64,000 nt of DNA from Anthoceros angustus (lineage: Eukaryota > Plantae > Anthocerotophyta): the NCBI GenBank assembly GCA_010909165.1, contig VJWM01000044.1, positions 2,232,001 to 2,296,000 on the forward strand, given 5' to 3'. A program made the translations under genes and the position numbers. The notes under the pieces were generated by a model. That model did not search any database, was not told where the DNA came from, and worked only from the letters and a program-made list of their open reading frames with translations. Shown here piece after piece: positions 12,537 to 24,139 of this stretch (position 1 is the first letter of the stretch; the number at the start of each line of letters is the position of its first letter).

Positions 12537-15500
12537 ATGGCGGCTCGCAAGCGCAAGCACGATGCTGAGAGCGTGGGGGATCGCAATGTGAAGCATGTTG
12601 CAGAGGATGGGATGGTGGAGCGTGGCGCGGAGGATGGCATGACCACCGGAGCTGCACCGGGCCCTCCTGGGCTTTCTGGGGGAGAGGCAATCGTGGACAG
12701 TGTCACAGACTCGCTCATCTGCTTGCACGATGTATCTTATCCGGAGGGGTACGAAGAGCGGGATAAGAGGGAAGCTCCCACGAAGCCCGCAAAGGAGTAT
12801 CCTTTCACGTTGGATCCTTTCCAGACGGAGGCCATACGGTGTTTGGAAGCAGGGGAGTCTGTCCTGGTGTCAGCGCACACCTCTGCTGGCAAGACGGTAG
12901 TTGCAGAGTATGCGATCGCCATGGCGTTTAGGGATAACCAGAAGGTGATATACACTTCTCCGATCAAGGCCCTGAGCAACCAGAAGTACAGGGAGCTGCA
13001 TGAGGAGTTCTCGGACGTGGGTCTTATGACAGGGGACGTGACTATAGCTCCCAATGCCTCGTGCCTGGTCATGACCACGGAGATTCTTCGGAGCATGCAG
13101 TACCGGGGGTCGGAGGTCATGAGGGAGGTGGCATGGATCATTTTTGATGAGGTGCACTATATGCGGGACAGGGAGCGAGGGGTGGTGTGGGAGGAGAGCA
13201 TTGTCATGGCGCCCCGGAATGCTCGGTTTGTGTTTCTGTCAGCCACCGTTCCGAATGCGAAGGAGTTTGCGGATTGGGTAGCCAAGGTGCATCAGCAGCC
13301 TTGCCACATTGTGTACACTGACTTCCGGCCCACCCCGCTGCAGCATTTCATCTTCCCGGCAGGAGGAGATGGCCTGTACCTTGTGGTTGATGAAAAGGGA
13401 AGGTTTAGGGAAGACAACTTCCAGAAGGCGGTGAACTCGGTCGCACCGACTGCTGCTGCTGCTAGACATAGGGAGCACGGACGGGGTAAAGGAGTTGGCG
13501 ACGGTTCCAGTGACATCTTTAAGTTGGTGAAGATGATCATGTTGCGCCAATATGATCCTGTTATTGTGTTCAGTTTCAGTAAGAGGGACTGCGAACGACT
13601 GGCAAACGAGATGGTGCAACTGGACCTTACGGGTGATGACGAGAAAAAGCTAGTGGATGGTGTGTTTTGGAATGCCTTGGATTCGCTGTCGGACGATGAC
13701 AAGAAGCTTCCTCAGGTTGCCTTAATTCTTCCCTTGCTTAGACGTGGGATAGGTGTTCACCATTCTGGGCTCCTTCCTGTGCTGAAAGAAGTCATCGAGA
13801 TTCTGTTTCAAGAGGGCCTCATTCGTTGCCTGTTTGCCACTGAAACTTTTAGTATTGGCCTCAATATGCCAGCCAAAACAGTTGTTTTCACAAACGTCAG
13901 AAAGTATGATGGGGACAAGTTTCGGTGGTTAACAAGTGGAGAGTATATTCAGATGAGTGGACGTGCTGGGCGCCGGGGCATTGATGACAGGGGCATTTGC
14001 GTGCTTATGTTGGATGAAAAGCTTGAGCCATCTGTCTGCAAGTCCATGATTAAGGGGCTTGCAGATCCTCTCAACAGTGCGTTCCATCTTAGTTACAGCA
14101 TGCTGTTGAATCAGATGCGCTGTGAAGAAAGTGACCCGGAAACTCTTCTTCTGCAGTCCTTCCACCAGTTTCAGTCTGATCGTTCTCTTCCTAAGCTTCA
14201 GGTTGAGGTAAAGAAGTTGGAAGAGGAAAGAGATTCAATTGTGATCGAGGAGCAGGAGCAGGTTCAGGACTATTACTCTCTAATACAGCAGCACAGGGAG
14301 CTCAGAAGCACAATTCGAGGTTCAGTCTTCTCTCCTAGTCACTGCTTGCCATTTCTGCAGCCGGGGAGACTTGTCCGCATTTTGAAGGGACACCTGGACA
14401 CTGCAGCAGCTGATGCTCCTTTCTCGATGGATGCACCAGCTGTCTGGGGTGTCGTTGTTAATTTTGAGAAAGCTCCTGGACCAAAAGACTTGGGTGATGA
14501 GACTAGGAAACAACCTCAAGGGTACATCGTGGATGTTTTGAGCAACTGTGTTGCAAGTGGAGATGGACGTAAGAAATTGGTGCAGGTCATTCCGCTGGAT
14601 GAGCCTGGTGAGCCCATGGTGGCTGCTGTCTCTCTCTCGCAATTGGACAGTTTAAGTGTAATACGTGTTGTTCTTCCCAAGGACTTGATCTCCATTGAAG
14701 CCCGACAGCGAGCACTGAAGACACTCAGAGATGTGCTCAACCAGTTCCCTGACGGCGTGCAGCTTCTGGATCCAGAGGAAGACATGCATGTGAAGAGTAG
14801 CGAGTACAAGAAAGCAGTCAGGCAAGCTGAAGCAATAGAGGGACTGCTTTCAAGGCACGCAATAGCAGACTCGCCCACTCTGTTGCCGCGGTTGAAGATG
14901 TTTCACAAGAAGGAAACTTTACTGCAAGCCATCAAGGTTGCCCGAAAGGATGCTCGAATTGCATCGACTCTTGTGTTCAAGGAGGAGTTAAAAGCCCGCA
15001 AGAGGGTACTCAGGCGCTTAGGCTATATAACAGCAGATGAAGTGGTGGAATTGAAAGGCAGGGTGGCTTGTGAAATAAGCAGTGGAGATGAACTTGTTCT
15101 CACTGAGCTGATGTTCAGTGGAGCGTTCAAAGAAGCCACAGTGGAACAAGTTGCTGCAATTGTGTCATGCTTTGTGTGGCAAGAAAAGACCAAAGGGTTC
15201 ACGAAACTTCCTGAAAGTCTTCAAGGCCCCTATTCTCAAGTCAAAGATATTGCTAGACGGGTTGGGAAAGTTCAGCGTGAGAGCAAAATGGAAATCGATG
15301 TGGAGGACTATGTTGCATCTTTCAGGCCAGATATCATGGAGATAGTCTACTCCTGGGGCAAGGGAGCTAAATTCTTAGAGATCATGAGGATGACGGACAC
15401 TATTTTTGAAGGCAGTCTAATTCGTGCGTTGAAGCGTTTAGAAGAGGTCTTGCAGCAGCTCATTGTGGCTTCAAGGGCTATCGGGGAGACAGACTTGGAA

Positions 15501-15569
15501 GCCAAGTTTGAGGAGGCTAGTACAAAAATCAGACGTGACATTGTATTTGCTGGCTCTCTTTACCTGTGA
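12537..15569 (+). CDS. MTR4: Ski2-like DExH RNA helicase MTR4 (nuclear exosome cofactor), intronless
   Basis: 1010-aa ORF: YPFTLDPFQ, AHTSAGKT, SPIKALSNQK, DEVHYMRD, LSAT, QMSGRAGRRG and C-terminal IRRDIVFAGSLYL. HDVSYP and RSMQY..IVMAP match plant MTR4 rather than HEN2. Confidence 0.93.
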   Translation: MAARKRKHDAESVGDRNVKHVAEDGMVERGAEDGMTTGAAPGPPGLSGGEAIVDSVTDSLICLHDVSYPEGYEERDKREAPTKPAKEYPFTLDPFQTEAIRCLEAGESVLVSAHTSAGKTVVAEYAIAMAFRDNQKVIYTSPIKALSNQKYRELHEEFSDVGLMTGDVTIAPNASCLVMTTEILRSMQYRGSEVMREVAWIIFDEVHYMRDRERGVVWEESIVMAPRNARFVFLSATVPNAKEFADWVAKVHQQPCHIVYTDFRPTPLQHFIFPAGGDGLYLVVDEKGRFREDNFQKAVNSVAPTAAAARHREHGRGKGVGDGSSDIFKLVKMIMLRQYDPVIVFSFSKRDCERLANEMVQLDLTGDDEKKLVDGVFWNALDSLSDDDKKLPQVALILPLLRRGIGVHHSGLLPVLKEVIEILFQEGLIRCLFATETFSIGLNMPAKTVVFTNVRKYDGDKFRWLTSGEYIQMSGRAGRRGIDDRGICVLMLDEKLEPSVCKSMIKGLADPLNSAFHLSYSMLLNQMRCEESDPETLLLQSFHQFQSDRSLPKLQVEVKKLEEERDSIVIEEQEQVQDYYSLIQQHRELRSTIRGSVFSPSHCLPFLQPGRLVRILKGHLDTAAADAPFSMDAPAVWGVVVNFEKAPGPKDLGDETRKQPQGYIVDVLSNCVASGDGRKKLVQVIPLDEPGEPMVAAVSLSQLDSLSVIRVVLPKDLISIEARQRALKTLRDVLNQFPDGVQLLDPEEDMHVKSSEYKKAVRQAEAIEGLLSRHAIADSPTLLPRLKMFHKKETLLQAIKVARKDARIASTLVFKEELKARKRVLRRLGYITADEVVELKGRVACEISSGDELVLTELMFSGAFKEATVEQVAAIVSCFVWQEKTKGFTKLPESLQGPYSQVKDIARRVGKVQRESKMEIDVEDYVASFRPDIMEIVYSWGKGAKFLEIMRMTDTIFEGSLIRALKRLEEVLQQLIVASRAIGETDLEAKFEEASTKIRRDIVFAGSLYL

Positions 15570-16033
15570 GGATCAACAGGTTGACAAACGCATCCTTGCT
15601 TTATTGCCGGCTGCAGCAAGGAATCAAAGGTCCAGGATATGGATGCGCAGGATATGTCTTCAGGGTTGTGTGGAGTTGTTTTGTCCGACAGTCCTTACAC
15701 CCTTGATATCACGGATACTCATCGTCCCTCGTGTTTGGCGGCTTCAGCGAGGCGCACTCGAGGGCAGCAGGTGAGGGAATGCGACGCACTTATCTCAGGT
15801 CCAGTATATATGTGGGACTGGATTCGTCACTAAGCCAAGCGAGGTTACTAGAAAGGCATCTTCAGCCGGGGACAACTTGGTGAGCGGCAGTTAACGGCCG
15901 AACCCCGTGTAAACCTAACCACAGCGCTGTTTGCTCACACCCACCTGGAGACAGCTGCCCATAAATGTGGTAAAGCTATCCTCCGGACCGGCTGGATCTA
16001 GGAAGTAATCGTTCAAGGAGGTGGGCAAGGCAA

Positions 16034-18776
16034 ATGGCGAACGCAAGTCCCAATGGGCCAGAAGCCGGAAGCCCGACGCCGAATTCTCCTCCTCCGCATT
16101 CCGTTAGACCGAGCAGTCCTCCTTTCCACAGGCCATCCTATAACCTTGAGGAAGACCCCAAGGTCAGATTCACTCCAAGGAGGAGGGTTTCGAAGGCGAA
16201 GGGCGAGGTCCGGGAATGGCTTCACATTAGCGCGGAGGGCAAATTTGAAGTGGAGAACTTCACCAAGCGTGACATCTTGCGCATGTCACGTCTACCTGCT
16301 TCCGACCTGCGGCGCCAAGGGCCTCTATTTGCGAAGCGCACGGGTATCGTGGGTGAGCAACCTTCTGCCTGCTAAGACCCTCACGAGCCGGAGCTCGGAA
16401 AATTCTGCTTAGGTGAGAAACATCACTCTTGTGGATGTCCTTTCAAGGAGACCTCAGGCCACATTGACACGTGATGCCAACTGATGATCAATTACGAACG
16501 CTGTGCAGGGAGAGGTACAGCTATTGTCATAAATATGGAATTCATCCGAGCAGTTTTGACTGCAAAAGATGCATTTTTGCTGTATCCCTTTCATGCGATT
16601 GTGGAAGCGCAAGTATACAATCTTTATTCCCAATTCCATAGTTCAAAGTTTGCGCAAGACAGATCCCAGCTGCATAAAGAAGAAGACAGATCCCAGATAC
16701 ATAAAGAAGACAGATCCCAGATACATAGAGAAGAAGACATATCTCAGATACAAGAAGAAGAACCATCTTTCACAGATATTGAAATTGGAAAATCTGATGA
16801 ACCAAGATTGGATGGCGCAGCTATTGAGCTGGAAAACAAGTTGGCAAAAGACGCTTCCTTGCAGCCAGAACAAGTCGCTCACACTCCGGATGAGAAAAAG
16901 GAAGAAACTCAAAATTCCACTCAAAATTTGGGTGAAACTTCTACACCGGAAAGTAGGGCCCTTATACAAAATTTGCATGATACTTATATTGAGAACTTTG
17001 GTGAGAATGCAATTGATCATGAAATGGAAAGTATAAGATCTGGTGAGGCTTATCAGCCCAGTATTCCTAGTGAAACTTTAGAAAATATAAAAAACATAGA
17101 TATTGAGACTTCAAATGATGAACTTAGTCAAGCAAAAATGCAAGAAAATATAGATAATAATATTGCTACATCTTTTTACTATGATACTCAAAGGATTGAG
17201 ATGGGAAACGTAACTTTACCACTTCCTAATCAAGAGGAAACACTTAATGAAAATGCCCCTAATAGACAATCATATGATAACGACCATATTAATATTGCTC
17301 AAGCGGTGATTGTATCCTCATCGGACAATGTTCGTGATAATATTCCTTCATATTATGTCGATGAACGTGAAGTGGGTGCAATTGATGTAGATGTTACAAA
17401 TATGAAAGGTGAACGGAAGAATTTGTTAGAAACTATTTCTTCTTTTGCAAGTCATGCTATTTTAAAAAAAACAGCAGAAAATACATTTGAAGATGAGACC
17501 CAATCTGTGCAACCTGAACGGAAGAATTTTTTAGAAACGATTTCTTCGTTTGCAAGTCATACTATCTCAAAAGTGGCACAAGAGAATATATCAATAGAAG
17601 ATGGGACTGAATCTATGCGCGAATTAATAAAAGAAGTAGATACCATAGAAGAGACAAGCAAAAAGGACACAACACACCATTCTTCAATGAGCTCACCTCT
17701 AGCCCCAGAAGACTCGCCATTTGAATTCCAATTTTTAGAAATAACTTTGGAAACTGTTCATAAATATCTCTTTGAAAGGGTAATAGAACTTGAGAAGAAT
17801 ATTATTCCTCTTCAAGATAAACTAGTAGTTTTACTAGACCCTAAATTACTTGATACTCTAAGGAAGTTGAAAGGCAGACATGCAGGACTATCTACACGAG
17901 TAAAAAATGTAAGTTTTTTTATATTTTTAATATGTTTAATTCTTTTTAATAATAGACAACGCTCTATTCTTTTCACTAATTATTTTAAATATTTTATTTT
18001 AGCATTTAAAAAGTAAATATTAATAATAAAAATTATTGTTAATTTTTGTCAGATTAGAGATCAGCTTGAATATGTTTTAGATAATGAAGATGAGATGATT
18101 TACTTCCATCTCAAGAAATATAAGGATGAGACCCCTACGTTACGTCGTCTTTTTAGTCCTTCCAAAAGAAAAGCTCCAACTCTATCAAATAACCTTCCTT
18201 CAAGGAAATCTAGAAGGCCATTGATAAATCTCCCAAAGGAAGCATTTTCAATCTCAATGACCAATGATCCCTATATCCAAGAGCTTGAAATGTTAATTGA
18301 TTTTTACTTCACTAAATTTGATACCATCATGAGAAAGTTGGACAATGTATGGAAATGCAAGTGCAAACATGTTCCATGATCTACTATATATTTTGAAGAT
18401 TAGTTCAACTAGTAAGACAACATCATATAGTTTTTATTTATAATTATATATAATAATCTTTTCTTCTTCTTTGTTTATGTGATTGTAGATTCAAGCATAT
18501 ACGACTGCTACTGAAGCACACATTAATTTCATGCTTGACACAAAACGCAACAATGTAATGCAGTTACAATTAATATTCATAACAATGGGGTTCTCAATGG
18601 GCCTAGGCACAGCCATTAGTGGAGTTTTTGGCATGAACATTGACGTAGACATGTATCATGTCGCTCGTGGCTCAGGATTTTGGCCATGCACATGGACAAT
18701 CATTTGGAGTGGCATAGTAGTTACTGCCTTTGTTCTGTACTATGCAAGGAAGAAAAAGCTTTTAGATGTAGCCTAG
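16034..18776 (+). CDS. MRS2/MGT (CorA-family) magnesium transporter with a very long acidic insert; exons 16034-16352, 16509-17908, 18053-18346, 18489-18776
   Basis: GT-AG splicing keeps the frame. Motifs: RLPASDLR, AIVINMEFIRA, PFEFQFLEITLE, IRDQLEYVLDNEDEM, ELEMLIDFYF, LDTKRN, GVFGMN, then two TM helices. Confidence 0.85.
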
Positions 18777-19062
18777 AACATTTCTTATGAACATGCATAA
18801 TTTATGATGTAAAGATTTGCATTGTGATAGAATAAATAGCATAGATCTATCCGTAACATAGTGCCCAACCGATTTAGAATTTAACACCCTTATCAATAAG
18901 GTAGAATAGGTACTATGACAACATATACAACACTGGAGATATTAACTGATAAGGAGGGTGCGAAGAGCCTTACAACATTGGCTCCTTGCAATGAGAGAGC
19001 TTAGTGATCTCACAGCAGCTTGTATATCAACTAGGCGGCCCCAAAGAGCTTCACAACAGCAA

Positions 19063-19246
19063 TGCTCCCTTAGGCTGAGACAAAAGAGATTCTATATGAG
19101 CCATGAAGGGCTTCATTACAAGATTGCTCCCTTAGGCTGAGACAAAAGAGATTCTATATGAGCCATGAAGGGCTTCATTACAAGATTGCTCCCTTAGGCT
19201 GAGACAAAAGAGATTCTATATGAGCCATGAAGGGCTTCATTACAAG
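19063..19246. repeat. 62-bp tandem repeat x3
   Basis: TGCTCCCTTAGGCTGAGACAAAAGAGATTCTATATGAGCCATGAAGGGCTTCATTACAAGAT starts at 19063, 19125 and 19187. Confidence 0.95.
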
Positions 19247-20798
19247 CAAACCACTAAGGGTTAGGAAGCGAGAGATCCTATATCGGATGACCTCAAGGGC
19301 TTCATAATAGATAGGCCACCAATGGCCATGTTGAGTAGTACCTCATCCCTACTACCCATCCTTGTAGTGATATGACTAAAGAGTCGCTTAACCAATGAAC
19401 TCTCGAATACCATGTTACTCCTCAAAGGAGGATCAATACCAATATATGTTTTGAAGCAAGTCAAGATAGATATAAAATTATATGTCTAACATATAAATCA
19501 ATAAAATACATCTGAAATTAATTTTAGTACTAAAATACTTTGATTATATTTACTTAATAATAATGGAGATGAGATCACTCATCTTGGTGACAGAATCTCG
19601 AGAAGGTTCGTAAGTCATACATTCATCACATTGAGAAGCATCCCCTAATTGAATGAATGCACCTATTCCATTCTTTTCATGCCATAGGTTTGTTCTACCG
19701 AAAGACTCCAAACATGACTTCTCTAGTAACGTCAAGAGTGATAACAATATATCCTCCTAAGGGGTAATGAATCAAGAGCACGGTTCAAGAGAGGAAAGGA
19801 AGCTAAAGGTTCAACTGATCAACCAAGCCCACGGCAACCACATCACCATGGAGAGGGTTGTCAAAACGATATGGAATGCTTCAATACAAGGTCTAACCAG
19901 AAATCATGAACTTCCCTTTCTTTGTGTTCCCTTTCTTTGTGAACAAGAGTAAAGTTGAGCTTTTATATAGGTACCATGAAATAGATAGGTGTCTAGAAAT
20001 ATAGACTGAAACTTCGTAATGCTTGCCAAACGAAAGATGCCCTAGTGAGAGAGGAGATAACCTGCTGCGTCTCTGCTGCCAATGTAGCCCGTGTTTGATA
20101 AATCTATCAAAGACTGGTCCCAAGGCATGTCACCGTGCTAGGCACCTTTCCCATATCGTCTCTTACTTCTTAATAAATGGTTAATATACCAAGGTGTTGA
20201 GATGGAGAAGCGAGCAGGCGGCGTTGGGCGGCCCCGACTTTGGAGCAGTGAGGGAGATGCAAGCAGCACAGGATGTGCCGACATGGACTACTAGGACGGA
20301 AGCGCAATCCGGATCCAGCTAGGATGGGCAGCAGAACGTACCGCCGGCCCTTGCCAGTTCTGTGTATGTAGGAGGTTTTGGGTTCATGTGCCTGCCCGCC
20401 AGGCTTCCCACTTCCAACCATCTTCAGCTGCCCAGCAGCTTTTAATCTACCGCAACCCAGCTTGAGACTGTAGTACATTTTACTCTGCGGTACAGTCTAC
20501 ACTGCAGATGTCCACTGTATACAACATATGTACATTACACCACGCGACTGCGATACCCAGAGCAACGCTGCCAACCCCGGCAGTTAAATAGCCCAATTTG
20601 GTGCGAAATCCGCAGTCCGAGCCGCAGCTGAAGCAGCAGCAGCAGCAGAAGAAGCAGCGGCAGCGGCGCAGAATAGTCCTCTGTCCCCTGTGCCCTGCAG
20701 GCCTTGAATGCGGAGGCGGCCGTGGCATCTCCCCCCGATTTCGATTCCCCCACCACCGCTTTGCTTTCTCTGCCCATGCGCCCTGCTGGAGCTGGCGG

Positions 20799-23006
20799 AT
20801 GACGGCTGATATGCACCAGCCTGCAGTATTCGCTTGGTTTGCGCCGCACTGGAAACTGGATGCTGTGTCTGCAGCTGGCTCGGATTGAGCTGAGTTGGGC
20901 TGAGCTGAGCTGAGCTCGAGCGAGCTGGGGGAGTTTTGTGACCGAGCGTGTGATTGGGTGGGCAATTGCAGGGGAGCCGGGGAGGATGGCCAGCTCGGGC
21001 TAGGCGGGACTGAGGACGAGAGCTGGGCTCGGGTGGTGGACGCGCTCTCGGATGTGCGCATCGTGAGCGTGGTTGCTGGCAGCAGGAATTCGTTGGCGGT
21101 TGCGGAGGATGGCGCGGTGGGTGCATGTTTTCCTCCTCCTTGTCTCCCCTGCCTGCCTGATGCTCTCGGTGCCTGGGGTTGCTCAATTCCGTTCCTCGTC
21201 CTGCCAGCTCTACACGTGGGGTGGAACCAGCGGGCGACTCTCGGCCGGCCCCGACCTCCAAGACCGAGTGCCTCCCCAGCAAGGTGCGGCGGTTTTGATT
21301 TCCGGGGAGGGAGGAGAGTGTGGCGGTGGTGGGGTACTAACGTGGTTGTCGGCAGGTGGCGGCATTGGCGGAGGTGAAGATTGTCCAGGTAAGGGTGGCT
21401 CGGATTGGTGTTTTGGTGGAGTTGGGATGGGAAAGTTGGCTGAGTTGTGGTGTTGGTGTGAAACCAGGCGGCAATAGGAGGGTGGCACTGCCTGGCGGTG
21501 GATGATCAGGGCCGGACCTACGCTTGGGGTAGGTGCTTTTCGATGCTTCGCTGGGAGGTGGGGGATTGCTGCGGGATTAGGCTTATGGGGTGCATCACTT
21601 GCAATTGCAAGGGCTGTTGGGTATGCAGGTGGAAATGAGTATGGGCAGTGTGGAGAGGTGTGGAACATCAATGGGGAGAAGGGGGAGCAGCGGCGGGACA
21701 CTCAGATTCCCAGGCAGTGTGCGCCCCACCTTCGAGTGCGGCAGGTGGCTGCAGGGGGTACCCACTCCGTGGTCTTGACTGATGGCGGGGAGGTTTGGAC
21801 GTGGGGCCAGCCATGGCCTCCGGGTGATATGTAAGTGGGTTGCCGTTTTTTTTTTTGTTGGGTCTGTTACTATTTTTGCTGCTACATGAGCAGGTGTCTG
21901 ATTGTTGGTTCTGCTTGCAGTACCAAGATCTCTGTTCCAGCCAAAGTGCAGAACCTGGAGACGGTGCAGACGATTGCAGTCGGTGCGTTTCACAATCTGG
22001 CTCTTTTGGAGTGTGGAGAAGTGTGGGCGTGGGGGAACAATGAGTATGGGCAGCTAGGCACTGGTGACACTCAGCCACGATCTCTGCCAGTTCGTGTCAA
22101 TGAACTGGACGAAGTCCCTTTGGTGATTGGCTGTACCCGGTTTCTTATGTACTAGTGCTCGAGCAAGTGCGTGGTGACAGGGGGGTTCGTCATGAGAGCA
22201 TTAGTTGATTGTTGTTCCTGTTTTGTCTCTAGATTGTTGCTGTTGCAGCTGGAGGTTGGCACTCCATGGCATTGACGGCAGACGGGCAGGTGACTCTTGT
22301 TTGCTCCCATGTCAAGTCTTCTTCGTCAGTCTTTTCTACCAGCTAGTTGTTCAGTCCGCTGCCGGCCTCTTAGCATTACCGAGTGCACTGTCAGGTCTAT
22401 GGCTGGGGGAGAGGAGAGCATGGCCGGTTGGGATTTGGTGATGACAAAAGCAGTAAGATGCATCCTGCGAAAGTTCAACTTCTTGCTGGGGAAACCATTA
22501 TTCAGGTCTGCATTACATCATCTGTTTGTGCACTGACTGCACTCTTGAAGCATGTATACATTGCGTGGGTGTGAGCCATGGTTTGGTATTGAAGCAGGTA
22601 TCTTGTGGAGGCACACATTCAGTAGCCTTGACCATTGATGGGCGGATCTACTCTGTGAGTTCGAATTCCATGTTCTTCACTGTGCGTTTGTATTGTCGTT
22701 GATGGAAGATCCGGAACTTACAAAGGGTCACCTGTGTTGCAGTTCGGAAGGGGGGACAACGGCCGCTTGGGATATGGTTCAACCATTACAACAGGCCATC
22801 CTCGGGGAGTTCCGATAGAGATTCCCCCCAAGAAGAGACAGATTCACACCAACGGACGCAGAAGGATTTTCTCTGATACCATCAAGCTGGACAGCACCGA
22901 GGAGAAAGTGGGTAGCTGGTGTGTCAGGAACGTAGCCTGCGGTGGGCGGCACACCCTCGTCCTTGCGACATGGGAAGCTGGCACTCCCGAAGACAGCCCC
23001 GAGTAG
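20799..23006 (+). CDS. RCC1-repeat (UVR8-like family) protein, multi-exon
   Basis: Spliced pieces: AW|GAGEDGQLG, VVAGSRNSLA, GWNQRATLG, AAIGG, GGNEYGQCG, VAAGGTHS, WGQPWPPGD, WGNNEYGQLG, GRGEHGRLG, VACGGRHTL. Start codon 20799 or 20811. Confidence 0.88.
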
Positions 23007-23823
23007 TAAGCTCAAGCCAGCTGAGCTTCACTTTCAGATAACCTATCTAATACGTCCTAGTATTCCTCAGCATTCACAGCCCCTACAGTTCCTTCTTTTT
23101 TGATCGTCACGCCTTGCTGGGCCTGGCCTGAAGCCCTGTACCCATGGCAGATTTGAGATTCTCGTGTAAAAACCGGCCATAGCGAGCTCGCTCTTCCAAC
23201 TCCTAGACTACCACACTAGCCTAGTCCTTCCTCTGTACATATACACAAAACCATTGTGAACCCAGCCTGCATATCATGTTGTACCTTGCCCATGTCGCAT
23301 CTGTGAGGTGGAGCAGATTCTGCACATTGGAATCCTGGGCTGCCAGAAACATGCGGTATGTGTGACCTGCAGCGCCTTGTTTACACCAAGGCACAGGATG
23401 CCTGTGGCAGAGGGTGCAGAAGGTAGGTACATAATGTTAATGTTGTAGCATGTCGAGTAAGCGTACGAATTCGACCAACAGCATCGTCACCAGGTCACAT
23501 ATCTACGTGCTTGCGGTCTTCACAAAGCCCTCGATTCGAGTCAGCAGATCAGATTTGCTTCCTGTCTTGCGTTCTTGTCCGAAGCTGGGCCACCGTGGTC
23601 ATGAGCCTCCAGAGTCCAAACTGTGCAAGTTTGCGTACTGGCAGCCCAGATACAGTATCTCCCGGGTCCAAGCTGAGTCAGACAGGGGCCCAGGCTCGGG
23701 CCCCAGGCTCGGGGCCCGGGCCCCTTTCCTATCTTCCGTTCCGACCACGTAACTACAAGGCACGGGGAGCTCGAGGGCCGCCTTCATCAATATCAACACA
23801 ATACAGAAAAGGTGTGAGGCAGC

Positions 23824-23916
23824 AAAGCTGCACCTGGGCCCACGGCTTTCCATGGCCCTCTTGGAAAAGCTGCACCAGAGCCCACGGCTTTCCATTGCCC
23901 TCTTGGAAAAGCTGCA
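23824..23916. repeat. 42-bp tandem duplication
   Basis: AAAGCTGCACC..GCCCACGGCTTTCCAT.GCCCTCTTGGA twice, plus a partial third copy. Confidence 0.85.
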
Positions 23917-24139
23917 ACAGGACGATTTCATTTTCCACGCTTTAAGAGAATCGCACCGGTGAGTCGTACGCGCTGCGATAATTCACACCTACATTGTGTT
24001 ATCCTTCATACGTCGGTACATGTTTTCATGAAAACACACTTGATAGGAGTGATTCGCTCATTTGAAATCAAGAAGCGTATATGGAATGTAGAAGGATTGT
24101 TTCAAATTTTTTCCTTTTTTTAGTGGTTTCAAAGATTTT

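Noticed and set aside
19063-19246. 62-bp period resembling a CRISPR repeat plus spacer
   Set aside because: Whole units are identical, so there are no spacers.
19260-20120. Possible second decayed CRE-like RT on the minus strand (AIGGLSIMKPLRSSDIGSLAS)
   Set aside because: Only one weak motif; core RT motifs could not be reconstructed. Needs TBLASTX.
20799-23006. Calling the RCC1 protein UVR8
   Set aside because: Lacks the repeated GWRHT motifs and the C-terminal VP tail of UVR8.
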